From contig JAKFCT010000007.1 of NCBI GenBank assembly GCA_036676495.1, positions 1-49,562 of the forward strand: 49,562 nt of DNA, written 5' to 3'. The position numbers and the translations under genes were made by a program. Numbering within the stretch: the first letter of the stretch is position 1; every line of letters begins with the position of its first letter. Below are positions 9,110 to 19,337 of this stretch, in pieces. Under the pieces are notes generated by a model. It had not been told where the DNA came from and did no database searches. It saw nothing but the letters and a program-made list of their open reading frames with translations. This DNA is from Candidatus Sericytochromatia bacterium (GTDB lineage Bacteria; Cyanobacteriota; Sericytochromatia; S15B-MN24; UBA4093).

Positions 9110-10321
9110 ATGGGCTTCAACCCTTTGACCGAGCGTGGAATTCCCCTCGAGAAGCAGCTGAGGAACTGGTCTCAGCTGAACGTTCAGCCTTACGACACGC
9201 AGACGGTCGACCCCTACACCCGCTGTCGCATCATCACGATGAACGGGATCGAGGTGGAATCGATCCTGAACTCTCACCAGTTCGCGCGCCATACGGACAA
9301 CCCGGAGGTGAAGGCGAAGCTGGCCTTCGTCCGGAGAATCGAGCAGCAGCAGCAGAAGGCCGTGAACTGGCTCTTGCCGGGGACCGAGTCCACCTTGGAG
9401 GTGACCCTCGGCTACGAGCAGGTCGCCATCGACCTGACCGCCTTCCTGGCGCGCAACGAGCCGGATCCCTACATCAAGCAGACGCTCGATTTCGGCCTGC
9501 TCGAGGACTTCGACCACCTCTACCGCTACGCCAACCTCGCGGACCTGATCGAGGGGAAGAAGGCCGACCGCATCACTCGGAACTACACCGAGATCATGCC
9601 GGGCCGCCCCACGGTCGTCGAGCATCGCCACCCCTACGACGACGTTCGCTGCCATTACGACGCCCACACGGCCGATCCCTTGACCAAGCTCCATGCCTTG
9701 ACCATCACGGCGGCCGAGCAGCAGACCATGAACTTCTACATGAACGTCGGCGCCCAGTACCAAGAGCCCATCGCGCGGGCCCTGTACCAGGAGATCGCCA
9801 TGATCGAGGAGCAGCACGTCACCCAGTACGAGTCGCTGCTCGATCCGATGGAGACCTGGTTCCAGCGCGAGGTCTTCCATCACTACAACGAATGCTACCT
9901 CTATTACTCGTTCATGCAGACCGAGATCGATCCCCGGATCAAGGACCTCTGGGAGCTTCACCTGAACCAGGAGATCGAGCACCTGCGGATCGCCGGCGAG
10001 ATGCTCAAGAAGTTCGAGGGCATGGACCCGGCCGAGATCCTGCCCAAGGAGCTTCCCGAGCCGACCAAGTTCGAACAAAACAAAGACTACGTCCGCCAGG
10101 TGCTCGCGACCCAGATCGACCTGCGCACTGTGGGCCCCACCTTCGTTCCGGTGGATCAGCTCCCCGAGGACGCCCTCTTCTGGCAGTACCAGGAGGCCGT
10201 CAACTCCGGTGGCTTCGTGCCCAGCGAACAGGTCATCAAGGACCTGCAGGAGAAGTCGGGCTATCGGATCGCGTTCATGACGGAGGGGGCGCATCCGGTC
10301 GAAGCCATGCGCGAGAAGTAG
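9110..10321 (+). CDS. Conserved hypothetical protein, ferritin-like superfamily (probably two four-helix bundles)
   Basis: RBS GGGAGG; repeated ExxH-like motifs EDFDH, EEQH, EIEH plus EQQ helices. Confidence 0.75.
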   Translation: MGFNPLTERGIPLEKQLRNWSQLNVQPYDTQTVDPYTRCRIITMNGIEVESILNSHQFARHTDNPEVKAKLAFVRRIEQQQQKAVNWLLPGTESTLEVTLGYEQVAIDLTAFLARNEPDPYIKQTLDFGLLEDFDHLYRYANLADLIEGKKADRITRNYTEIMPGRPTVVEHRHPYDDVRCHYDAHTADPLTKLHALTITAAEQQTMNFYMNVGAQYQEPIARALYQEIAMIEEQHVTQYESLLDPMETWFQREVFHHYNECYLYYSFMQTEIDPRIKDLWELHLNQEIEHLRIAGEMLKKFEGMDPAEILPKELPEPTKFEQNKDYVRQVLATQIDLRTVGPTFVPVDQLPEDALFWQYQEAVNSGGFVPSEQVIKDLQEKSGYRIAFMTEGAHPVEAMREK

Positions 10322-10343
10322 CGCCAAAGAGAGGAGGACGGTC

Positions 10344-10976
10344 ATGCCTACCTTATTCGCGACCAAGGAGACGGGCGCCAAGACGCTTCCGACCTTGATG
10401 ACGATCGCCGCCCCCGAGCAGCAAGCCTCGGTGGAAAAGCTCCAGGAGCTGGGAGCTAAAGCGGGCCTCAACGGCTTGCTCTTCGCCAACCTCCTGAGCG
10501 GCTTCGCGCAGCTGGAACGCGATGCCGTCCACCTCTATCGGGTCGTGGCCGAGAAGACGAAGTTCGAGGAGTGGCGCTCCCGCTACGAGGCCTTCGGCAA
10601 GGAGTCCGAGGATCATATCCGGATCTACGAGGAGCTCATCACGCGGCTGGGCGGAGATCCCCAGTACGTGAGCCCGAACGCCCGCATGTGCGAGTTTCGC
10701 GATTCCAAGCTCCTGGAGCCGCTGCTGTTTTCAGGTTCGGTGGACGAGCTCACGCTCGAACTGACCAACCTCGAAGCGGTCATCGCGGCCGAGACCCAGT
10801 GCCACGCCAACTGGGAGCTGTTGAGCGCCCTCGCCGATCGGGTCAGCGATCCCACCGCCAAGGGAGCGATCCAGGACGCGGTGAAGCAGGTCATGCCCCA
10901 GGAGGACGAGCACCTGAGATGGGCCAAGACGACCTGGCAGGAAACCCTGCTCGGCACCCTGTCGAAATCGGCGTAG
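10344..10976 (+). CDS. Ferritin-like domain protein (DUF892/YciF-like)
   Basis: RBS GAGGAGG; helices with ERDAVHLY, ESEDH, ETQCHANWELL, EDEHLRW. Confidence 0.78.
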   Translation: MPTLFATKETGAKTLPTLMTIAAPEQQASVEKLQELGAKAGLNGLLFANLLSGFAQLERDAVHLYRVVAEKTKFEEWRSRYEAFGKESEDHIRIYEELITRLGGDPQYVSPNARMCEFRDSKLLEPLLFSGSVDELTLELTNLEAVIAAETQCHANWELLSALADRVSDPTAKGAIQDAVKQVMPQEDEHLRWAKTTWQETLLGTLSKSA

Positions 10977-10978
10977 GC

Positions 10979-11007
10979 AACGAGGGAGGGCCCGGCCCTC
11001 CCTCGTT
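10979..11007 (+). terminator. Terminator-like hairpin
   Basis: AACGAGGGAGGGCC / GGCCCTCCCTCGTT inverted repeat directly after the stop. Confidence 0.6.
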
Positions 11008-11024
11008 CAATCGGAGGAACGCCC

Positions 11025-12362
11025 ATGGCGCGTCTTTCGAGTTTGGCCGTGACGGCCCTCGTCGTGCTTGGCTGCGGCCTCGACGCGAGGGCCCAGCACG
11101 AGCACCCGCCCGCCCCTTCAGCATCCGAGGGAGAGCTGCTGCCGTCGCTCGCGCCCTCATTTGGCGGCCTCCAAGCAGATCCGATGGGCGTCATGATGCG
11201 CCGCATGGCAATCCAGGGATCGGGAACCAGCCTCCAGCCCGAGTCGTCGCCGATGTGGATGGCGATGCGGCAGGCGGGACCTTGGCTTTGGCGGCTCCAT
11301 GGCAATGCGATGCTCTCCTGGAACGGGGCCACGGGGCCGCGGGGATACGGGGAGCTCTCGCTTCCGAACTGGGCAATGGTCATGGGCTCTCGCGTCCTGG
11401 GAGCGGGCCTTCTCGATCTGAGGCTCATGGGCAGTCTCGATCCCTACACGACGCCTCCCGGCGGGACGGCCCAGCTCTTCCAGACGGGCGAGACGTTCGG
11501 CGGGGTACCCTTGGTCGATCGCCAGCACCCGCACGACCTGTTCATGGAGCTCGCGGGGCAGTATACCTTGCCTCTGGGGGCCGGGACGTCGCTCTTCCTC
11601 TACGGAGGCCCAGTCGGAGAGCCTGCCCTGGGCCCCAATGCCTACATGCACCGGGCGTCGGCTGCTGATAATGCGATGGCCCCGCTTTCCCACCACCTTC
11701 AGGATTCGACGCACATCGCCATGGGAGTCTTGACGGCCGGCGTCCAGTGGCGCCGCTGGCAACTCGAAGGCTCGTGGTTCCGGGGCAAGGAGCCTGACGA
11801 GAACCGCACGAAAATCGACTTCGGACCGTTAGACTCGTACTCCGGCCGCCTCAGCTACGCTCCCACGCGGAACTGGACCATGCAGGTCTCCTCGGGGTAC
11901 CTGACCCACCCCGAGGTGCAGGAGCCCGGGAACCTGATCCGCAGCACGGCTTCGTTGCATTACAACCGCCCCTTGCCGTCCGGAAACTGGGCGAGCGCAC
12001 TGGTCTGGGGACAGAACCAGGCGCTGGTCGAAAGCCCATCCCCCATCAAGACCGGCCTCCTTCTCGAATCGGCCCTGGACTGGGCGGAGCAGAACCACCT
12101 CTACGGCCGCTATGAGCGGGTGGACAAGGAGGGGCTGGTCGTCGGGATTCCCGGGGAGATCGGCCCAATCTCCCGGATCCACGCCCTGACCCTCGGCGTG
12201 ATCCGGGACTTGAGCCTGGAGCCCGTCGTGCTCGGGATCGGCGGGGATGTCACCCTCTATCGTCAGCCAAGGGAGTTGGACGCGGTCTACGGGACGATGC
12301 CGCTCTCTATTCGGGTCTTCGTGAGGATCCGGCCGCCCCGAATGACCCATCGGATGCCTTGA
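11025..12362 (+). CDS. Putative outer-membrane beta-barrel protein with His/Met-rich N-terminus (heavy-metal-cluster associated)
   Basis: Signal peptide, QHEH and MGVMMRRM, GSGTSLQP, DRQHPHDLFMEL, YMHR, HHLQDSTHI; amphipathic beta-strands. Confidence 0.72.
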   Translation: MARLSSLAVTALVVLGCGLDARAQHEHPPAPSASEGELLPSLAPSFGGLQADPMGVMMRRMAIQGSGTSLQPESSPMWMAMRQAGPWLWRLHGNAMLSWNGATGPRGYGELSLPNWAMVMGSRVLGAGLLDLRLMGSLDPYTTPPGGTAQLFQTGETFGGVPLVDRQHPHDLFMELAGQYTLPLGAGTSLFLYGGPVGEPALGPNAYMHRASAADNAMAPLSHHLQDSTHIAMGVLTAGVQWRRWQLEGSWFRGKEPDENRTKIDFGPLDSYSGRLSYAPTRNWTMQVSSGYLTHPEVQEPGNLIRSTASLHYNRPLPSGNWASALVWGQNQALVESPSPIKTGLLLESALDWAEQNHLYGRYERVDKEGLVVGIPGEIGPISRIHALTLGVIRDLSLEPVVLGIGGDVTLYRQPRELDAVYGTMPLSIRVFVRIRPPRMTHRMP

Positions 12363-12452
12363 TGCGCTCCGCGGGGAGAGGCGATGGCCGAGCCGCATCC
12401 TTGTTGTGCTCCGCACCTAACCGCGAGAGCATGCGGGGAGGAGGGGCGGGTC

Positions 12453-12704
12453 ATGCATGAGTGGATGTGGGGCTATGGGCCCAGCGGCTGGGGATGGCTG
12501 ATGATGGTATTGGGGAGCCTTTTCTGGATTGCCTTGCTGGCGCTGATCGTGGTGGCGATCATGCGGCTTTGGCCGGGCGCCGGCACGTTCCAGTCATCGG
12601 CTCCCCGGGAGGACGAGGCGCTGTCGATCCTGAGGCAACGCTACGCTCGAGGGGAGATCGACCACGAGGAGTTCGAGCGGAAGCGGCGCGACCTCCTCGG
12701 CTAG
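12453..12704 (+). CDS. SHOCT-domain small membrane protein
   Basis: Met/Trp/Gly-rich N-terminus, one TM helix, ALSILRQRYARGEIDHEEFE SHOCT motif; RBS GGAGG. Confidence 0.88.
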   Translation: MHEWMWGYGPSGWGWLMMVLGSLFWIALLALIVVAIMRLWPGAGTFQSSAPREDEALSILRQRYARGEIDHEEFERKRRDLLG

Positions 12705-12728
12705 GCCACCAAGTGGAAGTTCACGGTC

Positions 12729-14741
<2,013 letters not shown>

Positions 14742-14908
14742 GCGGGCCTCCCCGATCGCCGCTCAGCGGTCGTCAACCTCGGGTTCAGCGAGCCCCGGAG
14801 GACCTCCGCGACCCGCCCCCTCGCGCTTAGAGCATCTAACAAAACCAGGCATGTTACGGCCGATGGCCGCCAGCGGGCGGCTTGAAGAAACAGGTTTGTT
14901 AGTCGTTC

Positions 14909-15313
14909 TTACTGGGCCTGGATGTTGAAGGTGGCTTGCTGGGGACCCGCCTGATCCTGGAAGGTCACCGTGGTCTGCCAGGTGCCCTTCATCGACAGGT
15001 CCACGCGCCCCTCGAAGACCCCGGGCTCGCCCGTGGGCTTGAGCGGGGTCTCCGCGCTCATCGCCGCCATGGTCGCCATGGGCGGCATGAAGAACCGGAT
15101 GCTCTGCGCCTGGACGTCTGCGGGCTGTCCGCCCTCCTCGAAGGAAACCCGCAGGTCATTCTCGCCCGAGACGAGCTTGCCGCCAGGAGCCAGGAGCACG
15201 ATCGTCTTGCCGGCCGCCTCTGTGCTCGTCACCGGCTGAAGTCCCCCGCCACATGCCGAGAGGCCCAGCGCCAAGACGGTGCTCACGCTTGCGGCTGTCC
15301 ACGAACGCATCAC
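14909..15313 (-). CDS. FixH/YtkA-like lipoprotein with Met-rich loop
   Basis: Lipobox LSAC; FFMPPMATMAAM..G.F.G..DLSMKGTW pattern; RBS GGAGG. Confidence 0.8.
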   Translation of the reverse strand: MMRSWTAASVSTVLALGLSACGGGLQPVTSTEAAGKTIVLLAPGGKLVSGENDLRVSFEEGGQPADVQAQSIRFFMPPMATMAAMSAETPLKPTGEPGVFEGRVDLSMKGTWQTTVTFQDQAGPQQATFNIQAQ

Positions 15314-15409
15314 GCTTTACCTCCTTGCTCGAAAGAGCCAGGCCTTGCAGGAGCATGGTACTGCTTCCGCAAGGCCGGTCAGGGGGCAATCTCGCCTGGG
15401 TTTTATCGT

Positions 15410-15637
15410 CTAGAGCGGCTTGGCTTCGTAGCCGGCCTCGCCCACCACGCTCACGATCTGCGAAACCGCGATCCGGCCGGGGTCGAAGGTTGCCACCAGG
15501 CGCTTCTCAGCCACTTCCAGCACCGGCTCGACCTCGGGGAGGCTGGCTCGGAGCGCTTTCTCAATCGTGCTGGCACAATGCCCGCAGGTCATGCCGTCGA
15601 TCTGGAAGCGGGTGGTCACTTTTTCCGAGGGGGTCAT
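15410..15637 (-). CDS. copZ: Copper chaperone CopZ (HMA domain)
   Basis: IDGMTCGHC and EAGY motifs; RBS AAGGAG before the ATG at 15637. Confidence 0.88.
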   Translation of the reverse strand: MTPSEKVTTRFQIDGMTCGHCASTIEKALRASLPEVEPVLEVAEKRLVATFDPGRIAVSQIVSVVGEAGYEAKPL

Positions 15638-15686
15638 GGCAAACTCCTTTTCTGGATGACGCGAGATGCTCTCGGCATCTGCCTCC

Positions 15687-15718
15687 ATCTTGCTCCTTCC
15701 CGTCGACGGGAAGGTCAA
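15687..15718 (-). promoter_or_regulatory. MerR-type operator/promoter for copZ-fixH
   Basis: TTGACC, 20-bp spacer, CAAGAT; contains the perfect palindrome CCTTCCCGTCGACGGGAAGG. Confidence 0.8.
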
Positions 15719-15723
15719 GCAGT

Positions 15724-15749
15724 GAGGGGGAAGGCCCGCCTTCCCCCTC
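15724..15749 (-). terminator. Hairpin at the end of the cus operon
   Basis: GAGGGGGAAGGC-CC-GCCTTCCCCCTC. Confidence 0.55.
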
Positions 15750-15758
15750 GAGGTGAAC

Positions 15759-16076
15759 TTACTTCTTGGCCTTGCTCAGGTGCATCTTGCACTCGGGGCA
15801 GCGGCCGGGCTTGTCCGAGGTCACCTCGGGATGCATCGAGCAGTAGTAGTCCGCCGTCACCTTCGAGAGGTGCATCTTGCACTCGGGGCAGCGGCCGGCC
15901 TTGTCCGAGACCACCTCCGCGTGCATCGGGCAGACGTAGATCGCCTTGGCGGCCTTGTGGTTATGCTGATGCGCCGGCTTGGCCGGGGCCGCATCGGCCG
16001 GCTGGACGGCGAGTCCCCCCAGGAGGAGCGCTCCGGCGAGCACGGGCAAGGTCAGGAAACGGGGCTTCATGGTCAT
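15759..16076 (-). CDS. Exported protein with two heavy-metal-binding domains (HMBD)
   Basis: Signal peptide, HQHNH, then 2x Y.C.MH.EV.SDK.GRCPECKMHL; RBS GAAAGGA. Confidence 0.85.
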   Translation of the reverse strand: MTMKPRFLTLPVLAGALLLGGLAVQPADAAPAKPAHQHNHKAAKAIYVCPMHAEVVSDKAGRCPECKMHLSKVTADYYCSMHPEVTSDKPGRCPECKMHLSKAKK

Positions 16077-16138
16077 GAATATCCTTTCATCAGAGGGCCA
16101 CGCAAACAGCGTTCGAGCCGTGAGGGGGTTACCGGGAA

Positions 16139-19100
16139 CTAGCCATGGGTGCTTTCGGAGGGGACCAAAGTCCCGCGCCGCAGCTCCCAGTTCTTCCAGA
16201 GGCTGAAGAGCACCGGAAGCACGATCAGCACCAAGAGGGTCGAGGTGAAGAGTCCGCCGATCATCGGGGCCGTGAGGGGGCGCATCATGTCGGCGCCGGT
16301 TCCCTGGCTCCACATGATGGGCATCAGGCCGAGGAAGTCGACCGCGACGGTCATCAGCTTCGGCCTGAGGCGGAAGACCGCCCCCTCCATCGTCGCCGCG
16401 TGGATCAGCTCCGGCGTGACGGGGCCGCTGGCGAGCATCTTGTCGAGCGATTCGTTGAGGTAGACGAGCATGACGACGCCCGTCTCCACCGCGACGCCCG
16501 CCAGCGCGATGTAGCCCACCCAGACCGCGACGCTGAAGTTGTACCCCAGCAGCTTCTGCAAGAGCAGGCCGCCGATCAGGGCGAAGGGAATGGAGAGCAC
16601 GACCAGCGCCGAGGCCTTCAGATCCTTGAACGTCATGTACAGGAAGAAGAGCACGATGACGAGGACGATCGGCACGACCACGCGCAGCCGCTCGGCGGCC
16701 CGCATCTGGTTCTCGTACTGGCCGCTCCAGGCGATGTAGCTGCCGCCGGGCAGCTCCAGCTCCTGCGAGAGCCGCTGCTTGGCCTCGTCGACGAACGAGC
16801 CCATGTCGCGTCCCCGCACGTTGAGGAAGACGATCGAGCGCAACAGGCCGTTCTCGGAGTTGATCATGGGGGCGCCGGTGGTCACCGCGACATCGGCGAG
16901 CTGCCCCAGGGGGATCTGAGCGCCGGACATGGTGGGCACCAGCAGCTGCCGCAGGCTCTCGGCGTCTCCTCTCAGCTCGCGGGCGTAGCGCATCCGGACG
17001 GAGTAGCGCTCGCGGCCCTCGACCGAGGTGGAGAGGGGCATGCCGCCGATGGCGGTCTCGATGACGTCCTGGACGTCGCCGACCTGCAGGCCGTAGCGGG
17101 CGATCGCCTCCCTTTTCGGGGTGATGTCCAGGAAGCGCCCCCCCACGATCCGCTCGGCGAACACGTCCTGCGCGCCGGGAATCGTCTTGAGGATGCCCTC
17201 GGCCTTCACGGCCAGCCGCTCCAGTTCCTGCAGGTCCGAGCCGTAGACCTTCAGGCCCAGGTCGGTGCGCACACCGGTGGCGAGCATGTTGATCCGGTTG
17301 ATGATCGGTTGGGTCCAGCCGTTGGTGACGCCGGGAATTTGCAAGGCGGCATCCAGCTCGCCGATCAGGGTGTTCTTGGGCTTGCGCGGATCCGGCCACT
17401 CCGAGCGCGGCTTGAGGTTGATGATCGTCTCGATCATGCTGACCGGCGCGGGGTCCGTGGAGGTCTCCGCACGGCCGACCTTGCCCAGCACCGAGTCGAC
17501 CTCGGGGAAGGTCATCAGGATCTTGTCCTGGACCTGCATGATGCGCTTGGCCTCGGTGATGTTCACGTCGGGAAGCGTGGTCGGCATGAAGAGCAAACTG
17601 CCCTCGTCCAGGTCCGGCATGAACTCGTTGCCGATGCTCTGGTAGACCGGGATGCAGGCCAGGATGCTGAGGATCGCGATCCCCACCGTGGTCTTCTTGA
17701 AGCGCAGCGCCGTGGTGAGGACCGGCTTGTAGAGCCGGATGAAGAACCGCGAGACCGGGTTCTCCTCCTCGGGGCGGATCTTGCCGCGCAAGAGGAAGCT
17801 CATCAGCACCGGCACCGCCGTGATGGCCAGGATGGCCGCGCCCGCGATGGCGAACGACTTGGTGAAGGCCAGGGGATGGAACATCTTGCCTTCCTGGCCT
17901 TCGAGCATGAAGACCGGCGCGAAGGACAAGAGCACGATGAGGAGCGAGAAGAAGATGGGACGCCCCACCTGCTTGGCGGAGGTGATGACCGTCGCGAGGT
18001 AGTCGGGCTCCTCTCCGCGCTCGCGCTGCTCGGCGAGGTGGCGGTAGGCGTTCTCGACCATGACGATGGCGGCGTCCACCAGCACGCCGATGGCGATCGC
18101 CACGCCGCCCAGGCTCATGATGTTGCTGGTGATGCCGAACTGCCGCATGAGGATGAAGCTGATCAGCACCGCGATGGGCACCGAGAGGATGATGATCAGG
18201 GCCGCGCGGATGTGGAACAGGAAGACCAGGACCACCAGGCTGACGATGATGGCTTCCTCGGTGAGGGCCGTCGTGAGGGTCGCGACCGAGCGCTCGATGA
18301 GGTCGCTGCGGTCGTAGGCCGCATGCACGGTGACCCCGTCGGGCAGCCCCTTCTCCAGCTCGGCGAGCTTGTCCTTGACCCGGTCGATCACGGCCTTGGC
18401 ATTCTCTCCATGGCGCATGACCACGATGCCGCCCACGACCTCGCCTTCGCCGTTCTTGTCGAGCACGCCGCGGCGCGTCTCCGCGCCCAGCTGGACCGTG
18501 CCGACCTGGGCGACCGTGACCGGGATGCCGCCGGGGGCCGTCTTGACGACGATCTTTTCCAGATCGGCGGCCGACTGGATGTAGCCGCGACCCCGCACGG
18601 AGTACTCGGCGGCATTCTCTTCGACCAGGCCGCCACCGACCTCGTTGTTGCTCATCTTGATGGCCTGGGCCACCTCCTGGAGCTTGACGCCGTAGGTGTA
18701 AAGCTTGGCCGGATCGAGCTCAATCTGGTACTGCCGCACGAAGCCACCGATGGAGGCCACCTCGGCGACGCCCGGCACGCTCTGCAACTGCAGCCGCAGG
18801 TACCAGTCCTGCAAGCTGCGCAGCTTCGCGAGATCATGGCCCTTCCCCTCGACCGTATACCAGAAGACATGGCCCACTCCGGTGCCGTCAGGCCCCAGCG
18901 CGGGGACGACTCCTGAAGGTAGGCTGCCCTGCACGGAGGCGAGGCGCTCGAGGACCCGGGTCCGGGCGAAGTAGGGATCCGTGGCGTCGTCGAAGATCAC
19001 GTAGATCATCGTGAAGCCGTAGGCCGAGGAGGCGCGCACGGCCTTGACGTTCGGCAGGCCTTGCAGGCTCGACGCCAAGGGATAGGTGACCTGATCCTCG

Positions 19101-19282
19101 ATGACCTGGGGGCTGCGTCCCTCCCAGTCGGCGTAGACGATGACCTGGTTGTCACTGAGGTCGGGGATGGCGTCCAGCGGGGTGCGCGTGACGGACCAGG
19201 CGCCCCAGAGCATCGTGGCGATCAGGGCGATGACGACGATGAAGCGGTTGCGTACCGACCATTCGATAATTCGTTCAATCAT
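16139..19282 (-). CDS. cusA: CusA/CzcA-family heavy-metal RND efflux pump (Cu/Ag type)
   Basis: DAIPDLSDNQVIV, GPDGTGVG, GVLVDAAIVMVEN, EFMP.LDEG, PVSMIET, RINML.TG, RLRPKLMT; Met-based site typical of CusA. Confidence 0.95.
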   Translation of the reverse strand: MIERIIEWSVRNRFIVVIALIATMLWGAWSVTRTPLDAIPDLSDNQVIVYADWEGRSPQVIEDQVTYPLASSLQGLPNVKAVRASSAYGFTMIYVIFDDATDPYFARTRVLERLASVQGSLPSGVVPALGPDGTGVGHVFWYTVEGKGHDLAKLRSLQDWYLRLQLQSVPGVAEVASIGGFVRQYQIELDPAKLYTYGVKLQEVAQAIKMSNNEVGGGLVEENAAEYSVRGRGYIQSAADLEKIVVKTAPGGIPVTVAQVGTVQLGAETRRGVLDKNGEGEVVGGIVVMRHGENAKAVIDRVKDKLAELEKGLPDGVTVHAAYDRSDLIERSVATLTTALTEEAIIVSLVVLVFLFHIRAALIIILSVPIAVLISFILMRQFGITSNIMSLGGVAIAIGVLVDAAIVMVENAYRHLAEQRERGEEPDYLATVITSAKQVGRPIFFSLLIVLLSFAPVFMLEGQEGKMFHPLAFTKSFAIAGAAILAITAVPVLMSFLLRGKIRPEEENPVSRFFIRLYKPVLTTALRFKKTTVGIAILSILACIPVYQSIGNEFMPDLDEGSLLFMPTTLPDVNITEAKRIMQVQDKILMTFPEVDSVLGKVGRAETSTDPAPVSMIETIINLKPRSEWPDPRKPKNTLIGELDAALQIPGVTNGWTQPIINRINMLATGVRTDLGLKVYGSDLQELERLAVKAEGILKTIPGAQDVFAERIVGGRFLDITPKREAIARYGLQVGDVQDVIETAIGGMPLSTSVEGRERYSVRMRYARELRGDAESLRQLLVPTMSGAQIPLGQLADVAVTTGAPMINSENGLLRSIVFLNVRGRDMGSFVDEAKQRLSQELELPGGSYIAWSGQYENQMRAAERLRVVVPIVLVIVLFFLYMTFKDLKASALVVLSIPFALIGGLLLQKLLGYNFSVAVWVGYIALAGVAVETGVVMLVYLNESLDKMLASGPVTPELIHAATMEGAVFRLRPKLMTVAVDFLGLMPIMWSQGTGADMMRPLTAPMIGGLFTSTLLVLIVLPVLFSLWKNWELRRGTLVPSESTHG

Positions 19283-19337
19283 GCCGTCAGGCCCTCACCC
19301 AAAGGATTTCGCCGCAGGCGCTCATCTTTTCGATCAT

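Noticed and set aside
14836-14902. CTAACAAA(A)CC inverted pair upstream of copB as an operator
   Set aside because: Imperfect arms about 46 bp apart with no clear promoter context; too weak to call
16077-17399. Upstream extension of the HMBD ORF (546 aa in the track)
   Set aside because: Lies in an alternate frame of cusA; signal peptide and RBS put the start at 16076
16145-18916. 923-aa plus-strand ORF
   Set aside because: Antisense shadow of cusA caused by GC3 bias
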